A stretch of DNA of 64,000 nucleotides from an uncultured delta proteobacterium (lineage in GTDB: Bacteria; Myxococcota_A; Polyangia; Polyangiales; Polyangiaceae), in NCBI GenBank assembly GCA_963782055.1, contig CAWAIF010000003.1, forward strand, positions 3,424,001 to 3,488,000. Direction: 5' to 3'. Below the pieces are notes generated by a model that searched no databases, was not told the origin of the DNA, and saw only the letters and a list, made by a program, of their open reading frames with translations. Shown here piece by piece: positions 7,065 through 16,583 of this stretch; the first letter of the stretch is position 1, and each line of letters opens with the position of its first letter. Position numbers and translations under genes: made by a program.

Positions 7065-9134
7065 TCAGGCCTTGGGCTTGGCGGGCTCGGCGATGACCGT
7101 GCGGCCTCCGATGACCTGCCCGGCGAGGGCGCCGATGGCGCGCTGCAGGTCCTCCGGCCGGACGCCCACGAAGGAAATGCGGTCGCGGATGCGGATGCGA
7201 CCGGTGTCCTTGCGCTCGATGCCGGCGTTGTCGGTGAGGAGGCGCTGCAAATCGGAGGCGCGGGCGCCATCGCGGCGGCCGATGTTGACGAAGATCTGGG
7301 TGAAGCCCTCCTCGGCCTCCGGCTCGGCGCCGCGCGAGCGCTCCTCGCGGTGCGCCTTGCCCTCTCCCTCGGGCCTGGGGTCGCGGGGGGCGCGCTTGAG
7401 GGTGACGGGCTCGGAGTCGGCCGACTCCTCGCGGTAGCTCGGCAGGGGCGGGGGCTCCTGCTCCACCTTGCCGAGGATGGGCTTGTCGTCGTCCTGCTCC
7501 GGCGGGGGCTCCCACTCGGTGTAGGAGGCGTGGGGGGCGCGGCGCTCGCCGCGGCGATCGGTACGGCCGCTGGAGGACCGCAGGGCGGGCGCGGCGCGCG
7601 GGCGCTCGCCGCGTCCTTCGGCAGGCGTGCGGGCCTCGTGCTCGCGCGGCCGGCGGGGCTCGTGCTCGCGCGGCGGGCGGGCCTCGCGCTCGCGCGGCGG
7701 GCGGGCCTCGCGCTCGCGGGTGGCGCGGGGCTTCTCGACCTGCACCGGCGGGGGGTTCTTCGCGCGGCGGGCCTCGGCCGCGGCGACGCGAGGGTCGTCC
7801 TTGCGGGCGCCCAGGTGGTCGCGGAGCAGGCCGGCGACGATGACCTCGCCGTCGGCGTGGGTGAGCAGGCGGCGGGCGAGGGCCAGGTCGTCCGGATGCA
7901 CCGGTCGCGCGCCGTACGCCTCCGAGAACATGGCGACGAGGTCCGCCTCCTCCCGCGTCTTCATCTCCATCGCGGAGGGGAGCTGCTTCTCGATCGGGCG
8001 GATCTTGTAGGTGAGGCGCATCAGGTAGAGCGCGCCCATGTCCTTCGGGCCGATCATGCTGATGGCGGTGCCGGTGCGGCCGGCGCGGCCGGTGCGGCCG
8101 GTGCGGTGCACGTAGTACTCGGCCGACTCGGGGAAGTCGGCGTTGATGACGTGCGTCAGGTGCGAGATGTCGATGCCGCGGGCGGCGACGTCGGTCGCCA
8201 CCAGGAAGCGCAGCTTGCCCTCGCGCGTGCGCTGCATGATGCGCTCGCGCTCCTTCTGCTCCAGGTCGCCGTTGAGCCACTCCGCCTCGTAGCCGTTGCT
8301 CTTGAGCAGCTCGGCCAGGCGCTCGGTCTCGTCCTTGGTGTTGCAGAAGATGATCGCGCTCTCCGGGTCCTCGACCTCCAGCACGCGAACCAGCGCGCCC
8401 CGCTTGTCGCCGCCGGGGACCAGATAGACGAAGTGCTGGATCTGCAGCGCGCCGACCTGATCGCTGGAGAGGGTGATGAACTCCGGCTCCCTGAGCTTGT
8501 TGTTGGCGAGGCGCTCGATGTCCGGGGGGATGGTGGCGCTGAAGAAGAGGCCCTGCCGCTCCTTGGGGAGCGACTCGACGATCTCCGACAGCTCCTTGGC
8601 GAAGCCCATCGAGAGCATCTCGTCCGCCTCGTCCAGGACGAGGATCTTGATGTTGGAGGTGTCCAGGGTGCCGCGGCGGATGTGGTCCAGCACGCGGCCA
8701 GGCGTGCCGGAGACGATCTGCGCGCCGCCGGCGAGGGCCTCGACCTGCGGACCCATGGCGGCGCCGCCGTAGATGGCGATGAGCTTGGTGCCGCGGAACT
8801 GGGCGAGCTGCTCCAGCTCGCGCGTGACCTGCAGGGCGAGCTCGCGCGTGGGCGTGAGGATGAGCGCCTGCACCGCGGCCAGGTTCTTCTTCACGAGGCA
8901 GTCCAGGATGGGCAGCCCGAACGCCGCTGTCTTGCCGGTGCCGGTGCGGGCCTGCACGACGAGGTTCTTGCCGCGCGTGGCCGGCTCGAACACCGCGAGC
9001 TGCACGGGCGTGGGGTGGACGTAACCCATGGCGTCCACAGCCTTGCGGATGTCGGCGGAGAGGGGCAGCTCGTCGAAGGTGGGCGCGGTGGCGCTCTGGG
9101 TGGTCTGGGTGGTCTCGGTGGTCTCGGTGATCAT
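7065..9134 (-). CDS. deaD: DEAD-box RNA helicase (CsdA/DeaD type) with DbpA RNA-binding domain
   Basis: PTPVQ, ARTGTGKT, PTRELA, LDEADEM, SAT, HRTGRTGRAG; C-terminal IFVNIGRRDG. Confidence 0.9.
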   Translation of the reverse strand: MITETTETTQTTQSATAPTFDELPLSADIRKAVDAMGYVHPTPVQLAVFEPATRGKNLVVQARTGTGKTAAFGLPILDCLVKKNLAAVQALILTPTRELALQVTRELEQLAQFRGTKLIAIYGGAAMGPQVEALAGGAQIVSGTPGRVLDHIRRGTLDTSNIKILVLDEADEMLSMGFAKELSEIVESLPKERQGLFFSATIPPDIERLANNKLREPEFITLSSDQVGALQIQHFVYLVPGGDKRGALVRVLEVEDPESAIIFCNTKDETERLAELLKSNGYEAEWLNGDLEQKERERIMQRTREGKLRFLVATDVAARGIDISHLTHVINADFPESAEYYVHRTGRTGRAGRTGTAISMIGPKDMGALYLMRLTYKIRPIEKQLPSAMEMKTREEADLVAMFSEAYGARPVHPDDLALARRLLTHADGEVIVAGLLRDHLGARKDDPRVAAAEARRAKNPPPVQVEKPRATREREARPPREREARPPREHEPRRPREHEARTPAEGRGERPRAAPALRSSSGRTDRRGERRAPHASYTEWEPPPEQDDDKPILGKVEQEPPPLPSYREESADSEPVTLKRAPRDPRPEGEGKAHREERSRGAEPEAEEGFTQIFVNIGRRDGARASDLQRLLTDNAGIERKDTGRIRIRDRISFVGVRPEDLQRAIGALAGQVIGGRTVIAEPAKPKA

Positions 9135-9300
9135 CAGGTGTGGTCGTCTCGGGATGGGCTCTGCAGCGGCTCCGGGCTCCGGCGGACTGTTCGGCGGTCG
9201 GCCTCGATTCCTGCGGCGGCCTCGGGGTCATAGCGCGAAGAAGCCCGCCGATACAGGTGTACTTCTGGTGGAAGAGGCAAAATCGCGCTAGTTGGGCTGC

Positions 9301-9750
9301 ATGGCCGAGGAGGAAGCTGCCCGGCGGGGGCGGCGCTACCGCAACATCGCGAGCATGGTCGTCCTTGCGGTCGCGGTGGCGTTCGTCATCTCGACGGCGT
9401 GGCAGATCACCGCCTCCCTGTTCGGTCTGACGGACGAGCGGGTGGCGCCTCACGGCCCGCCCGCGGCCTGCGTCGAGGGGATCCGGGGGCTCGCCGCGGG
9501 GCTGGACCGGGCGTCGGTCGCGGCGGCGAGCGCGCGGACGGAGGAGGAGGCGCGCCAGACGTTCGCCACGTCGGTGAAGGCGCAGTGGACGGGGGCGCCG
9601 GCCGTGGAGGCGGCGTGCGCGGCGGACCGCCACGGGACCGACGCCTACACCGCGCTGCTCCGGCTGCGGCGGGTGATGGAGACGGAGACCGGGGACGGCG
9701 CGCGGGCGGTGGCCCCGCTGCGGGCGGAGCTGGAGGGCAGGCTCCACTAG
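9301..9750 (+). CDS. Hypothetical membrane-anchored protein
   Basis: N-terminal TM helix and two Cys in the soluble part. Confidence 0.7.
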   Translation: MAEEEAARRGRRYRNIASMVVLAVAVAFVISTAWQITASLFGLTDERVAPHGPPAACVEGIRGLAAGLDRASVAAASARTEEEARQTFATSVKAQWTGAPAVEAACAADRHGTDAYTALLRLRRVMETETGDGARAVAPLRAELEGRLH

Positions 9751-9819
9751 CCGGTCGGTAGGGCCGGCGGCCAGACGGGGCAGGGGCCTCTCCCCGCGAG
9801 ATCTTGCCTCCAGCGTCGC

Positions 9820-9896
9820 ATTGCAAGCATGCGTGCAATCGGACGCTTGGGCCGTGGCGGGGTGGCTTGACGGGTGGGAGGCTTCTCCTACATAGT
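9820..9896 (+). promoter_or_regulatory. Palindrome plus a sigma70-like promoter upstream of the polyprenyl synthase
   Basis: ATTGCAAGCATGCGTGCAAT at 9820-9839; TTGACG at 9867 and CATAGT at 9891. Confidence 0.4.
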
Positions 9897-9992
9897 CTTC
9901 AAAACATTTTGAAGGATTCGAGCGCGAGCCGTCGGCGCGCCCGAAGGACTGGAACCGACCCAGGCCGACGCGGCGGGAAGGTCGTGCACTCG

Positions 9993-11030
9993 ATGGAACC
10001 TGCCCTGGGCGCCAGCACCCTCCGCGACACCGCTACGCTGGAACGCGTGGGACCCCGGACGGCCATGCGCCTGGCAGAGGTGGCGGAGCTCTTCGCAGCC
10101 GACATGGCGTACGTGGAGACGGCGCTGCGCGCGGAGGCGCGCGAGGGCCTCTCGCCGGCGGTCGACGCGGCCTCGCACCTGCTCGAGGCGGGCGGCAAGC
10201 GCGTGCGGCCCCTCTGCGTCCTGCTCGCCGCCGCGTGCTTCGGCGATGTCCTGCCGCCCGCCACGCGCGACCTGGCGCTCGCCTCCGAGATGGTTCACCT
10301 CGCCACGCTCCTCCACGACGACGTGGTGGATGACGGGCAGGAGCGTCGCGGTCAGGCGACCGCCCGCCGGCTCTGGGGCAACGCCGTGAGCGTGCTCGCG
10401 GGCGACCTGCTGCTCACGCACGCGCTCGAACGCACCGCCGCGGCGTCGCCCGGCCCGACGCTGGACGACCTCTTCAAGACGCTGCGCCGCCTGGTGGACG
10501 GCGAGATCGTCCAGCTCCGGGGCCGCACCGAGCTGGATACGCGCGAGGCGACCTACTTCACCATCGTGCGCGACAAGACGGCGTCGCTCTTCGCGTGGGC
10601 GGCGCGCTCCGGCGCGCGCGCGGCGGGGGCGCCGGAGGCGGCGGTGGCCGCGCTGGGCGATTTCGGGTCGCACCTGGGCGTGGCCTTCCAGCTCGTCGAC
10701 GACGCGCTCGACTACGCCGGCGAGGCGCGTCACACCGGCAAGTCCCTGCTCGCCGACCTGCACGAGGGCAAGCTGACCCTGCCGCTCCTGCGCGCCGTGC
10801 AGGCAGCGCCGGCGCTGTTGCCGCTGCTCTCCGCCGCGCGCGGGGGCGACGAGGTCGCCTCGGCCCGCCTGCTCTCGGCCGTGCGCGAGTCGCGGGGCGT
10901 GGAGGAGGCCAAGACGCTCGCGCGGAAGGAGACGCAGGCGGCCCTCGCCGCCCTCGCGCTCGTCCCCGCCTCGCGGGCGCGCGAGCTGCTCGCCTGCGTC
11001 GCGGAGGAGCTCGCCGGCCGCATTGCTTAA
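9993..11030 (+). CDS. Trans-polyprenyl diphosphate synthase (IspB/HepT family)
   Basis: GGKRVRP, FARM LLHDDVVD..ERRG, KTASL, SARM FQLVDDALD. Confidence 0.9.
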   Translation: MEPALGASTLRDTATLERVGPRTAMRLAEVAELFAADMAYVETALRAEAREGLSPAVDAASHLLEAGGKRVRPLCVLLAAACFGDVLPPATRDLALASEMVHLATLLHDDVVDDGQERRGQATARRLWGNAVSVLAGDLLLTHALERTAAASPGPTLDDLFKTLRRLVDGEIVQLRGRTELDTREATYFTIVRDKTASLFAWAARSGARAAGAPEAAVAALGDFGSHLGVAFQLVDDALDYAGEARHTGKSLLADLHEGKLTLPLLRAVQAAPALLPLLSAARGGDEVASARLLSAVRESRGVEEAKTLARKETQAALAALALVPASRARELLACVAEELAGRIA

Positions 11031-11075
11031 GTGTGGTCCGGGCGAAACGGGCGCGTGTATCTTGCACCCAGGCTC

Positions 11076-11663
11076 ATGAGCCACGACAAGCGCGCGCTTT
11101 GGCCCAGCGAGGTGCTGGTGACCGACATCGTCGGCCGCCTCATCGAGTTCTGGGGCTTCAAGCGAAACATGGGGCGGGTGTGGGCGATGCTCTACCTGTC
11201 ACCGGACCCGCAGAGCGCGGAGGATCTGCGCCACGCCCTGCGGCTGTCCAGCGGCGCGGTATCCATGACCCTCTCCGAGCTCTCGCGCTGGGGGGTGGTG
11301 CGAAAGGTGTGGCTCGCGGGCGAGCGCAAGGACTTCTACACGGCGGAGGTGCAGCTTTGGAAGATGATCTCCCGCGTGTTCAACGAGCGCGAGAAGGCGG
11401 AGATCGACGTGGCGATCGAGTCGTTCGAGGAAGCGCTGGAATCGCTCGCGGCGATGCGCGACCAGGCGACGCGCAAGCACGGGGCCGAGCGCGCGCAGCT
11501 GCTCGCGCGCATCGACCTGCAGCGCGAGCGCATCGAGCACCTGCTGGAGCTGGCCCGGCTGGGCAAGCGACTGCTGGACGCGCTGCTCTCCACCGCCAAG
11601 CTGGACGCCGAGCCGCTCGTGCGCTTCTTGCTGGGGCGGCAGCAGCGCTCTCCCTCGCGCTGA
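11076..11663 (+). CDS. GbsR/MarR-type winged-helix regulator
   Basis: WGFKRNMGRVWAMLYLS, LSSGAVSMTLSELSRWGVV, GERKDFY. Confidence 0.8.
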   Translation: MSHDKRALWPSEVLVTDIVGRLIEFWGFKRNMGRVWAMLYLSPDPQSAEDLRHALRLSSGAVSMTLSELSRWGVVRKVWLAGERKDFYTAEVQLWKMISRVFNEREKAEIDVAIESFEEALESLAAMRDQATRKHGAERAQLLARIDLQRERIEHLLELARLGKRLLDALLSTAKLDAEPLVRFLLGRQQRSPSR

Positions 11664-13045
11664 CGACGACCCTCGCGCGCGCCGACCCGCCGCCCATCAC
11701 CGACAACCACTACTCCATCGAGCTGTTCCAGGGCCCGGTGCTCGCCTCCTCGCGCATCCTCGGGCTCGGCGGCGCGTACGTGGGCGTCGCGGAGGGCGAG
11801 GACGGCACCGCGTCCAACGTCGCCGCCCCCGCGGTGCGCGAGGCGTACAGCGTGCACCACGTCGAGCTGGAGCCGGAGGGGAGCGTGTACTTCCCGGGCG
11901 CCTTCGCCGGGACCGACTTCGAGAACCGCGGGTCGGTGGCCTCGCGCCGGGCGGCGGGCGTGGAGAACTTCCTCTACGTCGGCGGGGGGATGCTGCTGCA
12001 GGTCGGGCCCTTCGGCGCCGCCGCGACGCTCGACTACCAGCGCTACGACGTCATCCCGCCCTCCGGCGGCACCGCCCTCGGCCTGGAGGTGCTGCGCGGT
12101 CACCTCATCGCCGCGTGGGGCTTCTTCCATCACCAGCTCGCCCTGGGCGCCGGGCTGCACGTCGTGACGATGTCCCTCTCGCAGACCGGGCTGCCGCTCT
12201 CCCCCCCGAGCGGCGTGGGCCCGGAGGTGGGCGCGTTGCTGCGCCTCGACGGGCAGCCATGGCGCCTCGGCGCGACGCTGCGCGGCCCGGTGCAGGGCAG
12301 CTTCGGCGCGAGCGGCACCGCCGGCGCCGACGGCATCCGCCGGTCCGACGGCTACGTGCTGCCCGACGCCGTGGTGGTCCCCGCGCAGCTCGAGGTGGGC
12401 GTGGCGGTGCAGCTCGGGCCGCGCCCGCTCAACCCGCCCTGGACCGATCCGGCGGATCTCTCGGCGCCGGTGCGCGCGCGTATCAACCGCGACCGCGAGG
12501 CCCGCCAGGCGAAGCGCGACGCCGAGCTCGCCCGCGTGCAGGACCCCGACGCGCACGAGGCCCTCGCGCGGGAGCTGGAGGAGACCGAGCGCGCCATTCG
12601 CGTCGTGGAGGACGCCCGCATCGACGCCGAGGAGGCGAGGCTGCTCGCGCAGGCGCGCGCGCGCTACGCCAACTGGCCGCGCCCGCACGTGCTCGTCGTC
12701 GCGAGCGTGCTGGCGACGGCGCCGGTGGGCGACGCCGTGGCGGTCTCCAGCTTCCTCGACCAGGTGCGCGAGCCGTACGGCCGCGGGTGGACCGCCTCGG
12801 TGCGCTACGGCATCGAGGGCGAGCCGATCCCCGATCGCTTTCGCCTGCGATTCGGCGGCTACCTCGAGCCCTCCCTCTTCGAGGACGGCGGCGCGCGCCA
12901 GCACTTCACCTTCGGCGGCGACGTGAAGCTCTTCTCCTTCGACCTGTTCGGGATCCTGGCGCCGACGGTGTGGCAGCTGAGCTTCGCCGGCGACGTGGCG
13001 CCGCGCTACTCCAACTGGGGCCTCAGCCTCGGCGTCTGGCATTAG
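11610..13045 (+). CDS. Outer-membrane beta-barrel protein (FadL-like N-terminus); start codon not identifiable
   Basis: Signal-like LLAGAAAALSLALTTTLARA; RILGLGGAYVGVAEG..SNVAA; C-terminal strand WGLSLGVWH. Confidence 0.7.
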
Positions 13046-13108
13046 CGGTCTGCCAACGAGTCTCCCGCGTGGAGGGTCGCTCTCGCCGGAGAGCCCGTGC
13101 CCCGCCAA

Positions 13109-14140
13109 TCAGTTCAGGGCGCTCGTCGCGCGCTTCACCTCGGCGTCAGGCTCGAGGAAGACCGCGGTGATCTCCCGCTCCAGCGCCGCCAGCAGCTCGT
13201 CCTCGAGGTGCTCGACCGCGCCGGCCGCGCGCTCCACGTTGCGCTGGTAGACGAAGATGCGGCAGCGGCGCGCGTCGGGCGAGCCGCCGAGCGTCGCCTC
13301 CTGAAGGGCGTCCGGCGGGGGAGGGGAGTCGATGATCATGAGCGCGCGCGGGTCGACGCCGTCGACCACCAGCTCGGCCCCGGGGACGTCGACGACGTAG
13401 ACCTCTGCCTCCCGCACGTAGCGGCCGAGCAGCGCGTCCAGCTTGCGCAGCGTGCCCTCCACCAGCGTGGCGAAGGTCTCCGGCGAGGGCGCCCACGCGG
13501 GGCCCTCGCGGCCGACGTCCAGCGCGCGCGCGCGGAGGAAGGCCTCGGTCGCGCCGCGGGTGTCGCCGCGCTCGTCCCGCACCAGCCCCAGGTAGTACTG
13601 GGCATCGGCGTGGGCAGGGTCGCGGTGGGCGGCGTCCTCGATGAGGGGGCCGGCGCGCTGCATGTCGCCCAGCTCGTAGTAGGCGCGGCCGATGAGGAAA
13701 GTGTAGTTGGCGTTGTCGAACGGCCCCTCGGGCAAGAGCTTCATGATCCGCTGCGCCTCCTCCATGTCGCCCTTGGTCATCAGCGCGTCCACCTTCAACA
13801 GCAGGCAGTCGGCGATCTCTTCGGGGGTCTCCGCCAGCTCGTACGCGTCGTCGCACATCCGCACGGCCTCGTCCCAGTCGCCCATCGGGTGCATGAGCAC
13901 CTCCGCGGCGTTGAGCATGGCCTCGAAGTAGGTCTCGTCGAGGGCGATGGCCTGGCGGTAGTGGTCAAGCGCTTCCTCGGCGTCCCCGGCGAGGGCGGCG
14001 GTGTAGCCGAGGAGGTTGTGCACCTCCGGCGACTGCGGGTCCAGCTCCAGGGCGCGCTTGGCGCAAGCGGCGGCGCCGACCGCGTCCCCCTTCTGGGCGA
14101 GGTCCCAACCGCGATCAAGCGTGGCGCTGAGCTGGTCCAT
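13109..14140 (-). CDS. TPR protein with a degenerate Zincin_1-like C-terminal domain
   Basis: Several TPRs (ALELDPQSPEVHNLLG, HADAQYYLGLV); RIFVYQRNVER followed by ALEREITAVF where HExxH is expected. Confidence 0.75.
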   Translation of the reverse strand: MDQLSATLDRGWDLAQKGDAVGAAACAKRALELDPQSPEVHNLLGYTAALAGDAEEALDHYRQAIALDETYFEAMLNAAEVLMHPMGDWDEAVRMCDDAYELAETPEEIADCLLLKVDALMTKGDMEEAQRIMKLLPEGPFDNANYTFLIGRAYYELGDMQRAGPLIEDAAHRDPAHADAQYYLGLVRDERGDTRGATEAFLRARALDVGREGPAWAPSPETFATLVEGTLRKLDALLGRYVREAEVYVVDVPGAELVVDGVDPRALMIIDSPPPPDALQEATLGGSPDARRCRIFVYQRNVERAAGAVEHLEDELLAALEREITAVFLEPDAEVKRATSALN

Positions 14141-14208
14141 CCCCGCTGCCGCTTACATTTCGCACTCTAGGCGTCGCGTCAAGCCCGCGTTTCGCCCCCG
14201 CAGTGCGA

Positions 14209-14572
14209 TCACCGGTAGGGCGCCTGCGGCACGGCGGCCCGCAGGGCGTCGACCCAGGCGTCGCGGTCCTGCACCACGAAGCGCTCCCGGCGGCCGTCGC
14301 GCATGAGCACGACGAGCTGGTTGGGGACGATCGCACAGCGAGCGGCCACCCTCCGTCGCGGCGACGTGCTCCAGACGCAGGCTGGTGTCGCCGCCGCGGA
14401 CGTTGACCGCGTGCGGACGGAAGTGCAGCCGCCGGTTGGTCAGCGTGAGCCACCCGCCGACGGCCTCCATGCCGCGCCAGTGGTTGGCGGGGCCGGCGTG
14501 GAGGACGAGCTCGTCCGCGGGAAAGGAGGGCAGGGCCCCGCCGAGCATGTGGAAGCGGTCGGCGCTCATCAC
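14209..14572 (-). pseudogene. GRAM/PH-like domain protein split by a 1-nt frameshift
   Basis: ANHWRGMEAVGGWLTLTNRRLHFRPH in one frame; AIVPNQLVVLMRDGRRERFVVQDRDAWVDAL in another, switching near 14335. Confidence 0.7.
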
Positions 14573-14642
14573 GGCGTGAGCTTGCCACGCGCGCCGCTGG
14601 CCGCCCAGCCCGGCGTCGGGTCGCGCAACAATCGCGTGGGGC

Positions 14643-16367
14643 CTACTCGTCGTGCACGACGACGCGGGTGCCGGGGTGCTCCGGCGTCGCCCAGACCGCG
14701 TGCCAGCCCTGCGGGAGCTGCGGCTCCGTCCAGTTGAACAGGGCGCGCGCGTCGTCGGGCGAGAGGTTCACGCAGCCGTGGCTCTTCTCGTGGCCGAAGC
14801 TGTTGTGCCAGAAGGCGCCGTGCAGCGCGTAGCTCTTGTTGAAGTACATGATCCACGGCACGTCCTCGATCGAGTAGGGGCCGTCGCTCGCGACGTCGCC
14901 GTCCATCGTCGCGGCGATGTGCTTCTCGCGGATGCGGAAGGAGCCAGCCGGCGTCTTGTGGTCCTTCTCCTTGTCCTTCTTGTCTTCCCTGCCGGTGGAC
15001 ACCAGGGTCGCGTAGACCGGCTTGTCGCCGATGAAGGCCACGAGGGACTGGTTCTTCAGGTTGACGTCGATCCACTTCTCGCCGGGGGCGAGGTCGCTCG
15101 GCGGCGGGCCGGGGTGCATCACCACAATCTCCCGCTCGCGCAGCCAGTAGCCCTGATCGGTCTCCTGGTAGTAGACGCCGCCGACGTTCTTGCGCTGGCC
15201 GGTGAGGCCCACCGGCGTGTAGCGCGAGACCTGCTCGTCGGAGCGCTTGGCGTGCTCGAAGTCGTCGCTCAGCGTGTACTTGTGCGCGTGCACCCAGGAG
15301 ACGAAGGCGAGCGGCAGGTGCGTCGGCGGCTTGTCCACCCAGTACGGCGGGGCGGCGCCGCCGTCCTGCGCGACCGCGGGTGGGTAGGAGGGCGGGGTGT
15401 CGGTGTTCAGCCACACGCCGTGGAAGTCGGTGAGCTGCTTGGCGACGAACATCCGGTTGTACGGCGCGACGAAGCCGTAGGTGGTCTTCCACCACCGGAC
15501 GTGATGGACCTTCATCTGCTTGTCCAGGCTCACGTAGAAGCCCTTGACCATGCGGCGCACGATGATGGGGTCCTCGCCCTTGAGATCATCGAGGGTGACC
15601 TGAGGCTTGCCGCCGTCCCAGTCGCGCAGGTACCAGGGCACGCCCGCGTCGTCGTCGTCCTCGTCGATCCCGAAGGCCACGCCGAGCGCGCTGCCCTGGT
15701 TGTTGACCGTCGGGTCCACACCGGCGTCGTAGTCGACGTAGGGGTTGTCCTCCTCGATCTTGGGCTTGGGCTTCTTGACCAGCCACGGCTCGTACTGCAG
15801 CCGCTGCTCGCGCGACGGCACGGTCCGGTAGAGCGGCGTGCCGTTGCGGACGTTGTAGGCGTAGTCGTAGGGCAGCCCGCGATCGAGGAAGGGCGGGTGG
15901 GGGGCGTTGAGCAGGCGCGGGTGGTTCAGGTCCATCGACGCGTACTTGGCGCAGACGAAGCCGCCCTGCACCAGCTCGTACCAGCCCTCCTTGCACTTGG
16001 AGTTGACGTGCGGCTCGGGGAAGACGGGGACCTTGGCGCCCTGGCGGAGGTAGCCGATGCGCATCGGCCCCTGCGGGCGATCGTCGTGGCGGCGCCGCTC
16101 TTCCTCCTCCTTGGTGGGCCAGTCCATCTCGCTCATGATGGGCGTCTGCATGAAGAGCGCGCCGATGAGCGGGTAGGTCTCGCCGGCGTCCGCCGGGGCC
16201 GCGACGTGGTGGATGACCGCCGTCGTCGCGGCGGTGGTGGGGGCCGCGCCCGCGTCGCTCGCCCGGGGCGGCGGGGCGGGCGGCGCGCCTCTGGAGTCGG
16301 TGCAGCCCTCCGCCAAAGCGACGGCGGCGAGCATTCCGAGAGTGCAGAACACGAGCGAACGGGACAT
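14643..16367 (-). CDS. L,D-transpeptidase (YkuD family), probable lipoprotein
   Basis: WIDVNLKNQSL, VSTG, HGAFWH...SHGCVNL catalytic motif; N-terminal AEGC. Confidence 0.9.
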   Translation of the reverse strand: MSRSLVFCTLGMLAAVALAEGCTDSRGAPPAPPPRASDAGAAPTTAATTAVIHHVAAPADAGETYPLIGALFMQTPIMSEMDWPTKEEEERRRHDDRPQGPMRIGYLRQGAKVPVFPEPHVNSKCKEGWYELVQGGFVCAKYASMDLNHPRLLNAPHPPFLDRGLPYDYAYNVRNGTPLYRTVPSREQRLQYEPWLVKKPKPKIEEDNPYVDYDAGVDPTVNNQGSALGVAFGIDEDDDDAGVPWYLRDWDGGKPQVTLDDLKGEDPIIVRRMVKGFYVSLDKQMKVHHVRWWKTTYGFVAPYNRMFVAKQLTDFHGVWLNTDTPPSYPPAVAQDGGAAPPYWVDKPPTHLPLAFVSWVHAHKYTLSDDFEHAKRSDEQVSRYTPVGLTGQRKNVGGVYYQETDQGYWLREREIVVMHPGPPPSDLAPGEKWIDVNLKNQSLVAFIGDKPVYATLVSTGREDKKDKEKDHKTPAGSFRIREKHIAATMDGDVASDGPYSIEDVPWIMYFNKSYALHGAFWHNSFGHEKSHGCVNLSPDDARALFNWTEPQLPQGWHAVWATPEHPGTRVVVHDE

Positions 16368-16583
16368 CGTACGGCCGAGTCTTCCTAGTACCCCCCTTAC
16401 GACCTGTCGATCCAGTTCTTGGCAGACAGACCGGGGGCGGCGAGCGGGGCGGGCAATTGATGTGGGCGTTGGGGGGCTGGGCATGGCAGGCTACCGCCGT
16501 GCTTGCGACGGCCGTGCCCGCGGGCGACAAGGAACATCCTGGGGATTTCGACGGTCCTTGGGGTGTGACGTCAAGAGGCAGGC

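Noticed and set aside
7625..7720. 24-bp repeats in deaD as a separate element
   Set aside because: In-frame EREARPPR low-complexity linker typical of DEAD-box C-terminal regions.
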